A stretch of DNA of 63,993 bases, the filler included, from Basidiobolus ranarum (lineage: Eukaryota), in NCBI GenBank assembly GCA_040143965.1. It is 5 parts of 5 records of this genome, joined end to end, with 100 filler letters (N's around TTAATTAATTAA, not from the genome) between each part and the next. Parts side by side here need not be neighbours in the genome. Positions count along the whole stretch, not along the records: positions 26,417 to 39,482 come from JASJQH010007380.1; positions 39,583 to 52,636 come from JASJQH010007381.1; 3 more parts are not named here. One strand, written 5' to 3'. Positions 31,852 through 48,139 of the stretch are shown here, one piece after another. A program made the translations under genes and the position numbers. The number at the start of each line of letters is the position of its first letter. Within the stretch, counting starts at the first letter, position 1. The notes under the pieces were generated by a model that was given only the letters and a program-made list of their open reading frames with translations, did not search any database and was not told the DNA's origin.

Positions 31852-32019
31852 TTTACGAAGCTAGAGTCAAACAGTAGTCGGATTATTCAAAGAATTGGCT
31901 TTTAAATGTTAGAAATATCCCTATTTTCAGCCACCAAGCTACCTGTCATTATTATTCATATCGGTTTATTATATGCTGTAATTGGAAGATAAACAGGCAA
32001 GTGCGGTATAATACCAGTT

Positions 32020-32027
32020 ATGAGTCA
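32020..32027. promoter_or_regulatory. Gcn4/CpcA-type site (ATGAGTCA) in the ILS1/ULA1 divergent promoter
   Basis: TGACTCAT on the minus strand, about 170 bp upstream of the ILS1 ATG. Confidence 0.5.
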
Positions 32028-32336
32028 GAGTGACTACAAAAACGATACTACGATCAACAAGCAGTCTAGAGCCGTCACTAAACAATTAATGAAAACGGGA
32101 AATAAATCACCTAAATCACTTACCTTCATGTGGATAACTTAAGCATAAATCCCCCATTGACTTTCAAAAATCTTACATAATTGGCCTCAGATTTCATAGG
32201 AACATAAATGCTCATCAGTAGGATTTACTGGCTTGCTCTGATTACGAGTTGAATTTAGTTTGTGCTCAACACTAAGCATCCAACAACAGTAGAGTACTCA
32301 CTATACTGTTAACTTATAAACCAAACTTTCGGCAAC

Positions 32337-34773
32337 ATGGACCCAAAATCACAAAAATATGACAGACAATTAAGGTATAATGACTTTAATGATAGAAGTT
32401 TATAATCTTTACAAGTATTAGTTGTATGGATTCTAATCGAGAAAAATTGTCATGATTTACAAATTAAAAAGACTATGGCACAATAATGGGCAAGCTGCCC
32501 TCGAAAATGCTAAAGTATGTCTGATCCACGGGACCGCAACCGGAACTGAGCTTCTGAAAAATTTAATCCTACCTGGTACGTTACTTTTTCGAATGGAAAG
32601 GCCAACACGGAAATTTAATTCTTGCAAATTACTTAGGGATCGGCTCCTTTACAATCCTAGATAACAAAACAGTCGAAAGTGCAGATGTTGGAAGCAATTT
32701 TTTCCTTGAGATGTCTAACGTAAATCAATCACGAGCTCAAGCAGTTACACAGCATTTAAAAGAATTAAACAGCGACGTCGAAGGATTCCACGTAGAAGAG
32801 GTAAAGCTGAGAACAATTTCTCATCTACTTTACTCATCTGGCTTATTGATTGCCGAGAATTGTATAGTCATCCTCGAGCAATGGCAATCATGCCGATATC
32901 ACATGAATTGATATAGAGAATTAACAAACTGTATTGCTTATCGCTTTTATGATTGACTTTCATTGCGTGATAGGATATTTATTCACTAATTGAGCATCGT
33001 CCTGAGTTCTTTAAGCAATTTTCAGTAGTAATTGCTTCCGAAGTTCCAGAGAAATACGTGATTAAACTTTCGGAATTTTGCTGGGGAGAAGACATTGCTT
33101 TGGTAGTAGTACGAAGCTTCGGCTATATGGGCTACTTTCGAATTGCAGTACCAGAACACACAGGTTTATATACCTTTTGCCTCTCCTATGCGTCTCCACA
33201 ATCTAAACCAACCATTTGATACGCAGTAATTGAAGCGCACTCCGAAAACATCGTTGATCTTCGTATAGATTGTCCTTTTCCAGCTCTACAGGAATATTTC
33301 AAATCCTTTGAACTTGAGAGCATGAACAACATGGATCATGGCAATGTTCCTTACGTCGTGGTCTTACTGCAAGCATTAGAAAAATGGAAGAGTGAGGTAC
33401 AATAGCAGGTGGATATATATTCTATATTAATAAGATATCTAATGCTTCCCTCGACCCTTTCATGCGATCATACAGCACGATGGAAAAATACCCAGTTCTT
33501 ATGCCGAAAAAAATGAACTTAAAAAACTGATCCGTCAAATGTCGCGATCATACGATGAAGAAAATTTCGAGGAAGCTATCAACATGGTACTCCGTGTGTG
33601 TAATGAAACTGGAGTGAGTTCCCTGCCACCTATGTGGATGTTTATTAGACCATTCAACTCATCTATCGATTTAGATACCTGCGGGAGTTCAAACTTTGTT
33701 CGCCTCTTCTGCTTGCAATGAGATCACCAATCAAGTAACTCATGCGTTAATTAGATGAGAATGATATTCCCAAGATTTTCTAATATGTTATTCAACCTCC
33801 AGTCCTCTGATTTCTGGATTTTGGTGCGTGCTTTGAAGGAGTTCGTGAATAACGAAGGCAATGGCCTGCTTCCAGTATCAGCCACTCTTCCCGACATGAA
33901 ATCCGATACAGAGAGCTACATTACTTTGCAGAATATGTGAGATTCTCTGATTGCTTGAGCATTTCAGTACAACACAGATTAATCTGTCTCTTCTTAGATA
34001 TCGTCAGAAGGCTAGAGAAGATCTTCTAGCATTGAAGCACCGCCTCGAAAATCTACTGACTTCGGTTAATCGCTCTGCCGATTCAATTGCAGAGGAGCAA
34101 ATTGAAGTATTTTGTAAGAATGCCGCATTCTTAAAGGCTTTCCAATACCGTTCTCTTATAGAAGAATATCAAAACAATCCAAACACCAAGCAAATCCGTA
34201 AATATCACTATCCTGAATTAGTTTAACAGCAGATGTGTCTAATAAGTCGTAAAATTATCCTATAGGCAAATGGCTAGAAGATGAGACTGGGAATTTGCCT
34301 TTTTATGTGATTGTTCGAGCAGTAGATCGGTTTTATGAATCTTATAAAAGATACCCAGGTAAAAAGAACACACTTAATTCTAGAAGGCGGTACATATTGC
34401 AATCATTTGTTCTAACTTAGTCTCTTTAATATTAGGTCAAGAGGACGACACTGTAGAAGATGATATCAAGTTGCTCAAAGAATCTACCGCCAGTCTGCTA
34501 AATGAGTGGGGGCTGTCTTTGGATAGTATATCTGAAAATGATATTCACGAAGTGTATGTTATCATTAGCATATCTATAATCAATGAAATCCACATATTTA
34601 TTTTACTTTATAGATGTCGTACTGGACTTGCCGAACTACCCAGTGTGGCAGCTTTGTTAGGCGGTATAGTATCGCAAGAAGTGATTAAATTGATTACCAG
34701 GCAGTATGTTCCTTTAAGTAATACCTGTGTATATAATGGCATTAAAGCTACTATATCGACATATGAGCTGTAA
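32337..34773 (+). CDS. ULA1: NEDD8-activating enzyme E1 regulatory subunit (NAE1/APPBP1), about 11 introns
   Basis: [73 protein letters not shown]. Confidence 0.94.
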
Positions 34774-35952
34774 GATTGATAAATACAGTTCTCTCGAAAT
34801 AAAAGATAGTGCCTATTGACGAAAATCGCACTTAATACCAAAGCTTTATCTATGGGATTCTCAGCACAATTGAAAGCAGAATTGTTTACTGCAAGCCTTA
34901 AAAAGTCCATGATACCTAAAGATGAGTGGTCCTGTTTATCAAGAGATCTATAGCATCTAAATATGAATTATGCAAGTAAAGCTAACAAATTAGTGAGAGT
35001 TGGATTGTGTACACTATTGGTCCAATCAGTTCATATCTATACCTTAGCTAAATCCTCAATCGCCAATACGCTTACTGCAAAGCATTCAAGAAAACTGCTA
35101 CCAATTGAAAAGACCAGGGCTCATTAATCGAGATGTTATCAGCAATAACTACCCGATTTAGGTAATTCAGGGGCTTTATCAAATTTGGCTAACTGGTGGC
35201 ATTAATGAGTGATTTGGATTGGGCCCAGCCTTCCATGAGCAGAAGAGCCAGCATAAAGAATCACTATGACTCTCCATCCTCTGCATGCATGAAAAAAAGC
35301 AAACATCCAGAAGGTACAAAGGTACTGCTGTTGCCTTAAAGGGAATAAAATATATCTGACTTCAGATACCACCATTTTGACTCAAGTTTGTCGACAATGA
35401 GCGCTGATTCGATAGTCTAATTGATATTGTCTGGAGAAGAATAAGGGCTAATGCGTTCATTGGGATTCGATATCCTACCAGTTATGCTTGCTTTTGATAT
35501 GTGTTGGCATTTTTCTAAAGAACCGCCAGCTACGGCAACATGGGATTGAACATATGTTTCTGGATAACGCCAAATACCTAGCTGGTAGAGCTGAGCTTCA
35601 TTTGTACATGGTATTTCTTTTGTCAGTATATGTAAGCTTCGTCAGCCTAGAATTCCGAGAAATGCCTTGACAACCAATGGAAAGCAGCCATCCTGGTGTC
35701 ACAGATATATTCAACCTGCATAGCTCCTCGCAAAACATTGTCAATGCGGAATGATCTACCGATTTTGCGGGGTTAAGAGCAGCTTCAAATTGTCAGTAGT
35801 ATACATGCACTTGGCCATAGGCTACAGTTTTATTCACTTAAAAGAGTGAATTGAGTGGACTCGGGGAAGATCTATCCATACATTTAACCTTAGATAACCT
35901 CCTCGTATTCTAAAATCAAAAACAAATATAAATATATATGCTATACAGTTTG

Positions 35953-35961
35953 ATGACTCAT
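35953..35961. promoter_or_regulatory. Perfect Gcn4/CpcA element ATGACTCAT upstream of ARO1
   Basis: 9/9 match to the optimal Gcn4 site, about 180 bp upstream of the ATG at 36142. Confidence 0.6.
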
Positions 35962-36042
35962 ATTATATCCGATTCCATATCTGTACAATCCAAGTATTCC
36001 AAGTTAATTCGTGTCCACGGTCGATAAAGGAAAATATTATAA

Positions 36043-39482
<3,440 letters not shown>

Positions 39483-39582
39483 NNNNNNNNNNNNNNNNNN
39501 NNNNNNNNNNNNNNNNNNNNNNNNNNTTAATTAATTAANNNNNNNNNNNNNNNNNNNNNNNNNNNNNNNNNNNNNNNNNNNN
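39483..39582. other. Artificial contig spacer
   Basis: N44-TTAATTAATTAA-N44. Confidence 0.98.
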
Positions 39583-42500
39583 GAAAGACAAAAGTCAGCA
39601 TGCAGATGAAACTAAAAAACACACTATCATAAGTTGCTTCTAATACTCAAAGTCTACCCCCATTATGTCAAGATCCTCCAACAATTTGATACATACTGAT
39701 AGCTCATATTGCCAGATTAGTGAGATAGTTTTCAATTAAATATTGATAAATGTTAGCAAGTATTGTATAATAGTATCACCAATTTCTCTTCATGGATTTG
39801 AAAGTAGTTACTAAGGATTCACAAACAAATCACACATTAAATGCTGCGCCTCTTTAATCACTGGCAAGAGTATTCAATAATTATAGATATTGTGCATATT
39901 CAAGTTAGTAATGGATAATCCAATGAGTTTGTTGAAATAATGGAAGCAAAAACCTTGGTATACTTATGGCACATTTGGCATAGTTAATGGTGTATCAAGA
40001 AGACTGAAAGGTCTATTTTGAAAATATTGAATAAGCACTTGTATGAGAAAACTCCTGAAACTGATCAAAAACTCCATATACTTTCACTTGCCCAGTTACA
40101 GGCGCTAGTGTATATATGTTTCAGGTAATTGAGATGAGATGAAGGCCACTAGGATAAGTAGAAGCAATCTGTAATTTGCATGTAGTGTGTTGTTGAATTG
40201 AAGATTCCTATCTACATTGAAGTGTAATAGCACCAGAGCTACAGTTTATTTGTTAGGTACTAAGAATATTTAGACCTGGCTACAGATTTTTTCTTAGCAC
40301 AACATTTCCCGGATATATGTAAATGTATGTATCAGTTTTTTGACTTAATAAATATTCGGTGGTTAAAAAATATTCCTGTCAAATAAAAATATGAGTTTAC
40401 TATGGTGCATAACTCTAATATTTCAAGAATATGTAAAATATGAACATTAACAGCTTGTACTTATTTTTAAGTATCTGAGATATGGTGCCTGCCATAGTTA
40501 GATATAAATATACTGAAATATGATTATTAAGAGTCTCGAGTGACTTCAAAAATTCTGAGGTAAGTTTGCTTGATTAATGGATTAGGTTAGGGAAGAAAGA
40601 TGCTTAATAGTAGGGCAAGAAAGACATCGCTCTTGTTTTAGGAGATTATGGATAAGTGAGAATGCCTTGCTTCTCGACAACACTTCATAGTTATACATCA
40701 AATACATATATTTTCAATTTAGAAAATAAATATCAAATATGGTAAACATCATTGGAAGTGGCCAGTAAATCAAGAGCAGGCTAAGGTTACAAGTTGTAAA
40801 ACGATAATAAGATGTATCAATATTAGTGGATTGTGGCAGTCTGACAGACACTCTGAAAATCCGCAATTTAGACCCTACAAGCTTTATTTTTTAGGATGCT
40901 AAGGCTCAATAGCGAATATCAACGATGTACTTTGTGAATGTGACGAGGGAGGTGCTTATATCATCTAACCAGGTAGCTTATTGAGAGGATTGGTTAATCT
41001 GGCAGTCAAACATAAGTATCAATTGCGTCTAGTAATACATGAGTATACAGTGACAAAATCTCGCGAGAAGTGCGCCTACGGTATGTAATAGCTATACTAG
41101 CAAGTATACAAGAAGTTCTGTAATGAATTCATACAGTGTATTGGTTTTAAAAATCAACAATTGCCATACGTGAGGTTTACTTTTTTATTGCATGCAACTT
41201 CTGAAAACATCCTAGCCAATTTTAAGCTTAAACTGTGCAGTGGCATACACAAGGTATTCCATATATCACAGTTCATATATTTCAATCTAGAATGTTTGAA
41301 CTCAGTTGATCTAGATTGTGGAATATATCTGCATATTCAATATAATCAGTGATACTGTTACTATCTGCAAACAAACCATGGCCATCCAAAAGCGTTAGTT
41401 ATACCCTCTGAGCTGTAATAGTGCATACCGAATAGGGAAAACGAATTGGAAGTGTAGTTGCCGCATCCAGGAATATATGGTTGCTGGTTCATTAAAATGG
41501 GTAAATATGATTTTTATCCTCAAGCACAAGTATTCTAAAAGTTCCATGGTAGCACTGAAATATCAAGTACATGTAACTAGTGATACAAGATAGTGCTAAA
41601 AATCTGCCGTTGAAGAAGCAATGGGGTTTGAAACGAATCACTTTGGCGATGAGCTTAAAGATACCGAGACTGGTAAATTATCAAGTCCAAGAAATATCTA
41701 TAGAACTTACCATCTCAGGAGATACGCCAATGATGAAGAAAGAGGTGAAGCGCCCTATTACCTTTATGAACCCAATAGCACACCAAGTCTAGAGATAGAG
41801 CCTACCGACTTACCAACTATGGAGTGAGCTGGGTAGCATCTTAAGGTTGAAAATGAATCAATACATGTCTCATCAGGGACATCAGTAAGGGTTAGGCTCC
41901 AGTTCGCCAGGTTCATTCAATGTAGAATTTTCGAATCCTAAATGCCGTCAGACTTTGTTATATTCATGTATCCTCAAAATCAAATATTTCCTAGGCTAGA
42001 AACACTCTCAACCTTTGATATGTTGGTCTCTGCACCTACGAAATGTGATCCTGCTATCTATCAATATAATAAGGTTATTGTGTTACAGAAGTTCATATTT
42101 TCTAAGAAATACCAAGCAGAGGCGCCCTTCCCCTTTTCCAGATAGCTTGAGAGGGTTTCCTCGAACACTCCTTGTACAACACTAATGACTTCCTAACTTG
42201 CACTTAGTGTTTACCAAAGTAACTTCAAAGGTACTCAGCATTTTAGACACCAAGTCCGGGAAGATCGGGAAATCATTCCGGAATGGAATTTATCTGGTAA
42301 ATTCAGTACTCTACTAGTACATCAATAAACTAGTTTGGGTGCCTCATATATCCTCATTTGAATGATTAACAACTGCACCAGCTAGTGGGTTTTCCTTTCC
42401 GTCCAAGTGTCTTAGAAGTCTAATCTTCTCACGTATCGAGGATCTTTTAAAGTAATAAAGATTAACCCTTTTGAACTGATCTATTTCTATGGATGTGCGT

Positions 42501-42909
42501 GAGCCAATGACCTCATCCTGCGAGTCCATCAGAACACATAGATAAGAAGCTTAAATACTTTAACTCATAAGTGTGATATCACGCAATCCACTAATAGACG
42601 GGAATCGGGAATTCGAGGAAAACCGATTTGTATAAATTGTTTGAAAATAATTGATTGGCTATTGGTTATTACGAAAAACGAAGCATCTATGATCGAAAAC
42701 AAACAAAATTTGGTGCTGATTTATAATGAATTTGTAATGAATTTGTAATGAATTAATAATGGTTTGTACACGTGATACTTGAAATCTCCAAGTTAAACTG
42801 AGGATTTGAGAGGAGTGCTATGAGAGCAGAGGCCAGCTCTAGGATATGAAGGTGGATGACATGAATATGGATATGGATAGGTGAAGTTCCTTATGCGGTG
42901 ATAGAATGT

Positions 42910-43815
42910 TCATTTGGGCAAGGATGGATCATCGAAATCAATACTAACGATGCCTTGATTCCTCTCCAAGTCCTCTGCACCCGTGGACTCTCCAGGGCTC
43001 TGACGTTCAGAACGCCACAAGTGCGATCTCCAAACCTGTTCAGTCATTAGTTTGGATGACACTACCCCTAATAGAAATATGTCAATACTCAGAAGCTCAT
43101 GTGTCACTTGGATGTGAATTTACTTACATTCGATACTGAATAGGTCAGCATGGCCCATGATTTTCGCGAACTTCAAGATGGTGATAAAGAAATAGAACAT
43201 GCAGATAGACAATGAGAATATCAATCCGTCTTTCAACAGTAGAGAGTAGATGGCTCTTGGTGATTCCTTGTATTGTAGGTAGATTATTTTCAGAAATGCG
43301 ATGGTAAGATATACGATGATGGCGGTTTCCAATACAATGATAGTTAGCATATCGTAGTCTTTTGCGACACTGACACACGAGTGTGTTCCGGGGCCAATAT
43401 AGACCAGTTTTACACTGTATACAAGCTTGATAAAAACCCCCAAGTGCATCAGCCGAAAGAATACATAGACAGTGGTAATAAGTCGGGGTTTGGGTCGAAC
43501 CGACTTTGCTTTCAAGTATAATATTGTGTCCAGCGATATTAAACTGAGGTATGACGTGATTGAATACACCAAGTAACGAGCCATACAAGGCACGTCAATA
43601 GGTATAGTACAAACCAATTGTACCACTGAATTAACCAGCAATAATATCGCAGCGAGAAGGTTTAGTTTGTAAATGGCATGCTTGTTGCGTATCACTGTCA
43701 CAATGCCGTAGTGTATATTGCTAATGGCAATTGGAATTGACACAGATGCGATGATTAGGTCAACATCGTGATGCAAGTGTGGATATTGTGCTAACAGAGG
43801 TACTGAAACTCCCAT
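42910..43815 (-). CDS. Multi-pass (6-7 TM, GPCR-like) membrane protein, 281 aa, one intron 43068-43127
   Basis: Six or seven hydrophobic segments, with Cys before TM3 (VPCMAR) and in a later loop (HSCVS). Splicing the GTAAGT...TAG intron joins in frame to a polar C-tail. Confidence 0.75.
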
Positions 43816-45152
43816 GTACCAAGCTAAAATAAACGAAAAGTGAACTGGAGAGATTCGGCTAGTATCGATAGAAGACTAGTAGGTACAAGTCAGAAGAAAG
43901 CTGCTTTGTAATGAAGGGTTATAAACCAAACGTTAAGAGAAAGGTACACTCAGGTAATATGTTTAGGGAGAATAACGCGACTACGTCGAAATAAATAAGA
44001 AATCAAGAGTCCCGTTTTCAAGTAATCATGTTAATTAGGTAGTAAAGAGATAAGTCGAATGATCATTCCAAGTGAGTCCAATTACTATATCATTATTAAT
44101 CTCACTATAAAAAGTCCGAGATTATACCAGCTGACTTATTACTGGCCATCCCAAATATAGAAAAGTATTTTCAAGTTCATTCTGTATGGGAATTGGTCTG
44201 GGCCTTAAACAGTAAGCGCCAATTCAACTAAACGAAATCGGCATATTGCTGCGTGTGTGGTAAAGCAGTTGTTGTCATTTTGAATCCGCATCATGGTGTC
44301 AGTATTTAGTCGAAAAAATCACACTGCAAGTGATAAATATCATGAGATATAAGATTCCAGCACTTTATCAGAATTAATCAGAAATTTAACTCTTTGGCTG
44401 GCAACTAAGTATCTCAGAGTTGGTTGTCTGCGTCTGACAGCCAATGATTTAAACAAGTACACCTTCAGGTTGTAGAGGCTACCTGACGAAGACGGTGCTC
44501 ATATTGTTTCGACTATGCTCTATATGTATATATTAATATATTTACACTTCCAATTTAAGGAGCTCAGTATTTCCAAATGATCCAATTTCTTAACCAAATC
44601 TGATAATCTCGAATATACCCAAGCTCACTGACTACATCGTGACATTTGAATTATCATGCACACAAAGTGGTTACTGTGGAGTTGCCCGTATTATTCCACG
44701 TTCTAATTACATAGGTATGATACCGAGTATTCTGCGATTCCACAATAAGATGATCCGGATCTTTGTACGTATTTTTAGTTGGATTTATCCAGTGATACTA
44801 GCATATTTCCCGAGGGGCAGGAGATCGATTTTTTCATTCGTAAATTCACAATCGTCCCATACATTTTATGAAGCGTCTAATTTTTTTTTTAAATTGTCTC
44901 ATTTTAGGCTAAAACACTGTACGTAAATTCACTAAACTTTAATCAAGGTTGGTCCAATTCTTCGTAAATCATTTGGAAAAAAGAAAAAAAAGCCAAGAAA
45001 AAAAATCCATTCATTGAGTAAAGAGCAGCTTATTCTCAAGTGTAACTAAGCAAAGAAAGACCCCTTTTTTCGTGTTTATAGTGTTTTGTTGACCAAGGAG
45101 CTCTTTTACTATAAACGTACCTTAGACTTTTTATTAACTGGAGTATACGAAA

Positions 45153-46703
45153 ATGAGCAAGTCCATTCTTAAATTTGAAGGCCATAATTACTTTCGACAA
45201 AGACTTGTCATGGCTACTCTAAGTGGTCGTCCCGTCCGCATCGAAAAGATCAGATCGGACGACAATGATCCCGGTCTAAAAGGTATGACTACTTTGAGAA
45301 TATTAGTAAAGGTGCTATATACTGAACCTTTCACTTAGATTTCGAGGCCAGTTTTCTTCGCTTATTGGAAAAGGTTACGAACGGGTCACACTTGGAGATT
45401 AGTTATACAGGTAATATCCTCTTTTCTCACCACTGGGTATTCTTTCCTTTTTCTCACTCAGTTCAACTTATCTTTTCTTAGGTACAACTGTTTTCTATAG
45501 GCCCGGTATTATAGTTGGTGGCAAATTCCATCATGATTGTGGAACCACTCGTGGTGTTGGTTACTTCTTGGAAGCTTTGATTGCTTTAGCTCCTTTCGGA
45601 AAACTTCCTATGAGTGCTATGCTCACAGGAATTACTACGAATAATCTTGACATATCGGTACGTTTATGTATTATATTCCGATATATAGCTGTATAAAAGA
45701 GTTTACTCACCAATTCGGTGATATACAGGTGGATACTATCAGAACAGTCACTCTCATGCAACTCAAGAAATTCGGGTTTGAAGATGGATTAGAACTCAAG
45801 GTATGATCCCAATTCCATTTGAGCTTTGTGATCTATAGCTAACATCAACATCTCTTCCAGATCAACAAACGTGGTGCCCCACCACTTGGCGGTGGTGAAG
45901 TGGTTTTCAAATGTCCAATTATTCGTGCCCTCAAACCACTCCAGTTTACAGATGAGGGTCGAATCAAACGTATCCGTGGTATTGCGTATCCTTTTTAACA
46001 GTCAAAGTAACATCAACTCGATACAAATCCAGAACATTATCTCCTTAACATATAAACCTATGTAGTTACTGCACAAGAGTTTCCCCACAAACTGCCAATC
46101 GTCTTGTTGACTCGGCACGTTCAGTTCTTAATCGGTATATTCCAGATATTTATATCTATACCGATGTCTTCAAAGGAGCCGAATCTGGAAAGTATGTGGT
46201 GATTGTATGAGTATGGCTGTGACCGGAGTCCCATTCTAATTATTCTCTTATTGTTCAGATCCCCAGGTTTCGCTTTGACTTTGGTTGCTGAGTCTACCAC
46301 CGGAGCGCTACTATCGGCCGAACTCGCAGCCAACCCTGGTGAAACACCAGAGGATATAGGCAAGAAGTGCGCAAAGATGCTCTTGGAGGAGATCAACAAA
46401 GGAGGATGCTTTGACTCCGTGTGTCAATGGGTTGGGTTACTAATGATGGTACTTGGCCCCGAAGATGTATCAAAGATTAGAATCGGAAAAGTCTCCCCCT
46501 TCACGTATGTTGCTAACAAATGAGAAATTTGAGACAGAACAAAATTGACTTACTTTCTTTCATATAATAGGATTCAATATCTCAGGGATTTGAAGGCTTT
46601 CTTTGGTGTCACATTTAAGATTAGACCTGATCCAGAGAATAAGACCATCCTTATGGCATGTATGGGTAACGGTTATGTCAACGTAAACAAGAAAACCACA
46701 TAA
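45153..46703 (+). CDS. RCL1: RNA 3'-terminal phosphate cyclase-like protein Rcl1 (18S rRNA processing), 7 introns
   Basis: FRQRLVMATLSGRPVRIEKIR, FLRLLEKVTNGS, KRGAPPLGGGEV, YIPDIYIYTD, SPGFALTL, ACMGNGYVNVNKKTT*. Confidence 0.95.
45986..46065 (+). other. U12-type (minor spliceosome) GT-AG intron in RCL1
   Basis: 5' splice site GTATCCTTTT; branch point TCCTTAAC at 46042-46049, 16 nt before the 3' end; no pyrimidine tract. Removal restores RIRGIA-YCTRVSPQ. Confidence 0.88.
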
Positions 46704-47142
46704 GTCTCCATACTCTTCCCATCCCCATCCCCACTCCCATCCCATTTCCTTTGCTTCATCCAATCTCCACCACCAACTGTTTACAAGTGTAGAACTAATA
46801 AGTGCTTATGATAGTAAATACCAACAAAATTCTATAGATTCTTATTAAAAATATTGATTTTTATCACATCTGATAGTCATTATGTCATATTGAATAACTA
46901 GGCAGCGTCATCCAAATAGATACATTGAATGTCTCCATGAGTGGATCACTGATACGAGAGAACTTATCTCCGACTAAACACTTCCAGGAGTTGCAAGCAA
47001 GTGTTGCTGTGTGAACCTTAGTCACAGCTAATGAGTAGGCATGGAGAAACATTTGACTCAATCCATCCAAATGGAATGGAATGAGTGATGCAGAAATTTG
47101 AATTTTTACTGTCATTTAGGATTATTTTCTTTCATATTTGCG

Positions 47143-48030
47143 AGTTACAGTTCATCATGGAATTGTCTTCTAGTTTATACTGTTGAAGTTTATTGCCTTC
47201 ATCCTATTTGTTATCTCTATCTTTATACACCTAATTATTTCATATATCACACTTAAGTTAGTTAACATTATTTAATCAAATATCACTTAGCTGAAAATCA
47301 GAACATATATTTTATATATATATGTGAATTATCTTAGAATTAGTAATTTCATACTGGAAATTTTAAACTTGTCCAAATTGCACCCAAGATAGCCCATTTT
47401 ACTCCCACAGATATTCTGAACACAACCCCAGTGTTAGTCTTCTGTATTTTCACCAAAAAGTATAAATGCTTTATTTCTGGTCAACAAATAATTATCTCAC
47501 AAGTTAATCACAACTCCATTTTTTTAAAGTTCCTCCAAACAGCCCATATTTTCCCAATACATACCTGTGTAACTGACAAGTCTTCATGCAAGATACAGAC
47601 AGGTGAAGGTCTTTTACATGTGATCTTTTATTGACAAACCAGAATTATTTACTTTAGGAAATATTCAATTCTTTGGTTTCCATTAGAAAAATGGAATTTT
47701 CCCCAGTCTTAAGTAATTCATTGTATATAAAGCCCGGAATATACAAAGGTCAACTTCACATGAGTCCTGCTTGAGTTTATTGAGCAAATGTAAGCAAAAG
47801 AAATACATTAGGCTGATATCAGTAAAGAGAAAAGTGACATATGAAGGGGGATTTTCAATAAGTTCCAAAGTTTATCGTCACCAGGTGACTTGAGTGAGAG
47901 TAAACATGAATGATATATGTGGTACATGGACAGTTGGGTAAAAATGTCAACCAAATATTCTATAAATGAGCACAATGGTGAGTATTGTTGAGAGATGGTG
48001 GAATAATTATCAGAAATTCGCATAAGTTCT
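47143..48030. mobile_element. CpG-depleted degenerate repeat or transposon relic
   Basis: 47181-47239 matches 26258-26316 at 53/59 nt. No CpG seen at 47143-47734. Stop-interrupted frames on the minus strand. Confidence 0.55.
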
Positions 48031-48139
48031 CGAGAATTTGGATGAATAAAATGAATAGTAGAAATCTGTCTAAGAGTTGGATTTAACTACTGTAAATTCC
48101 AAATGTTGCGTGGTCGAGATTCAAAGTCAGGTTAAATGA

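Noticed and set aside
42724-42768. 11-bp tandem repeat TAATGAATTTG (about 3-4 degenerate units)
   Set aside because: A simple AT-rich 3'UTR minisatellite with no spacers, so not CRISPR-like.
45411-45425. ATATCCT near an RCL1 donor, suggesting an AT-AC intron
   Set aside because: The reading frame requires the upstream GTAATA donor and an AG acceptor, and there is no U12 branch site.
46717-46745. CCCAT/CCCCAT microsatellite giving a WGWGW ORF on the minus strand
   Set aside because: Low-complexity sequence in the RCL1 3'UTR.
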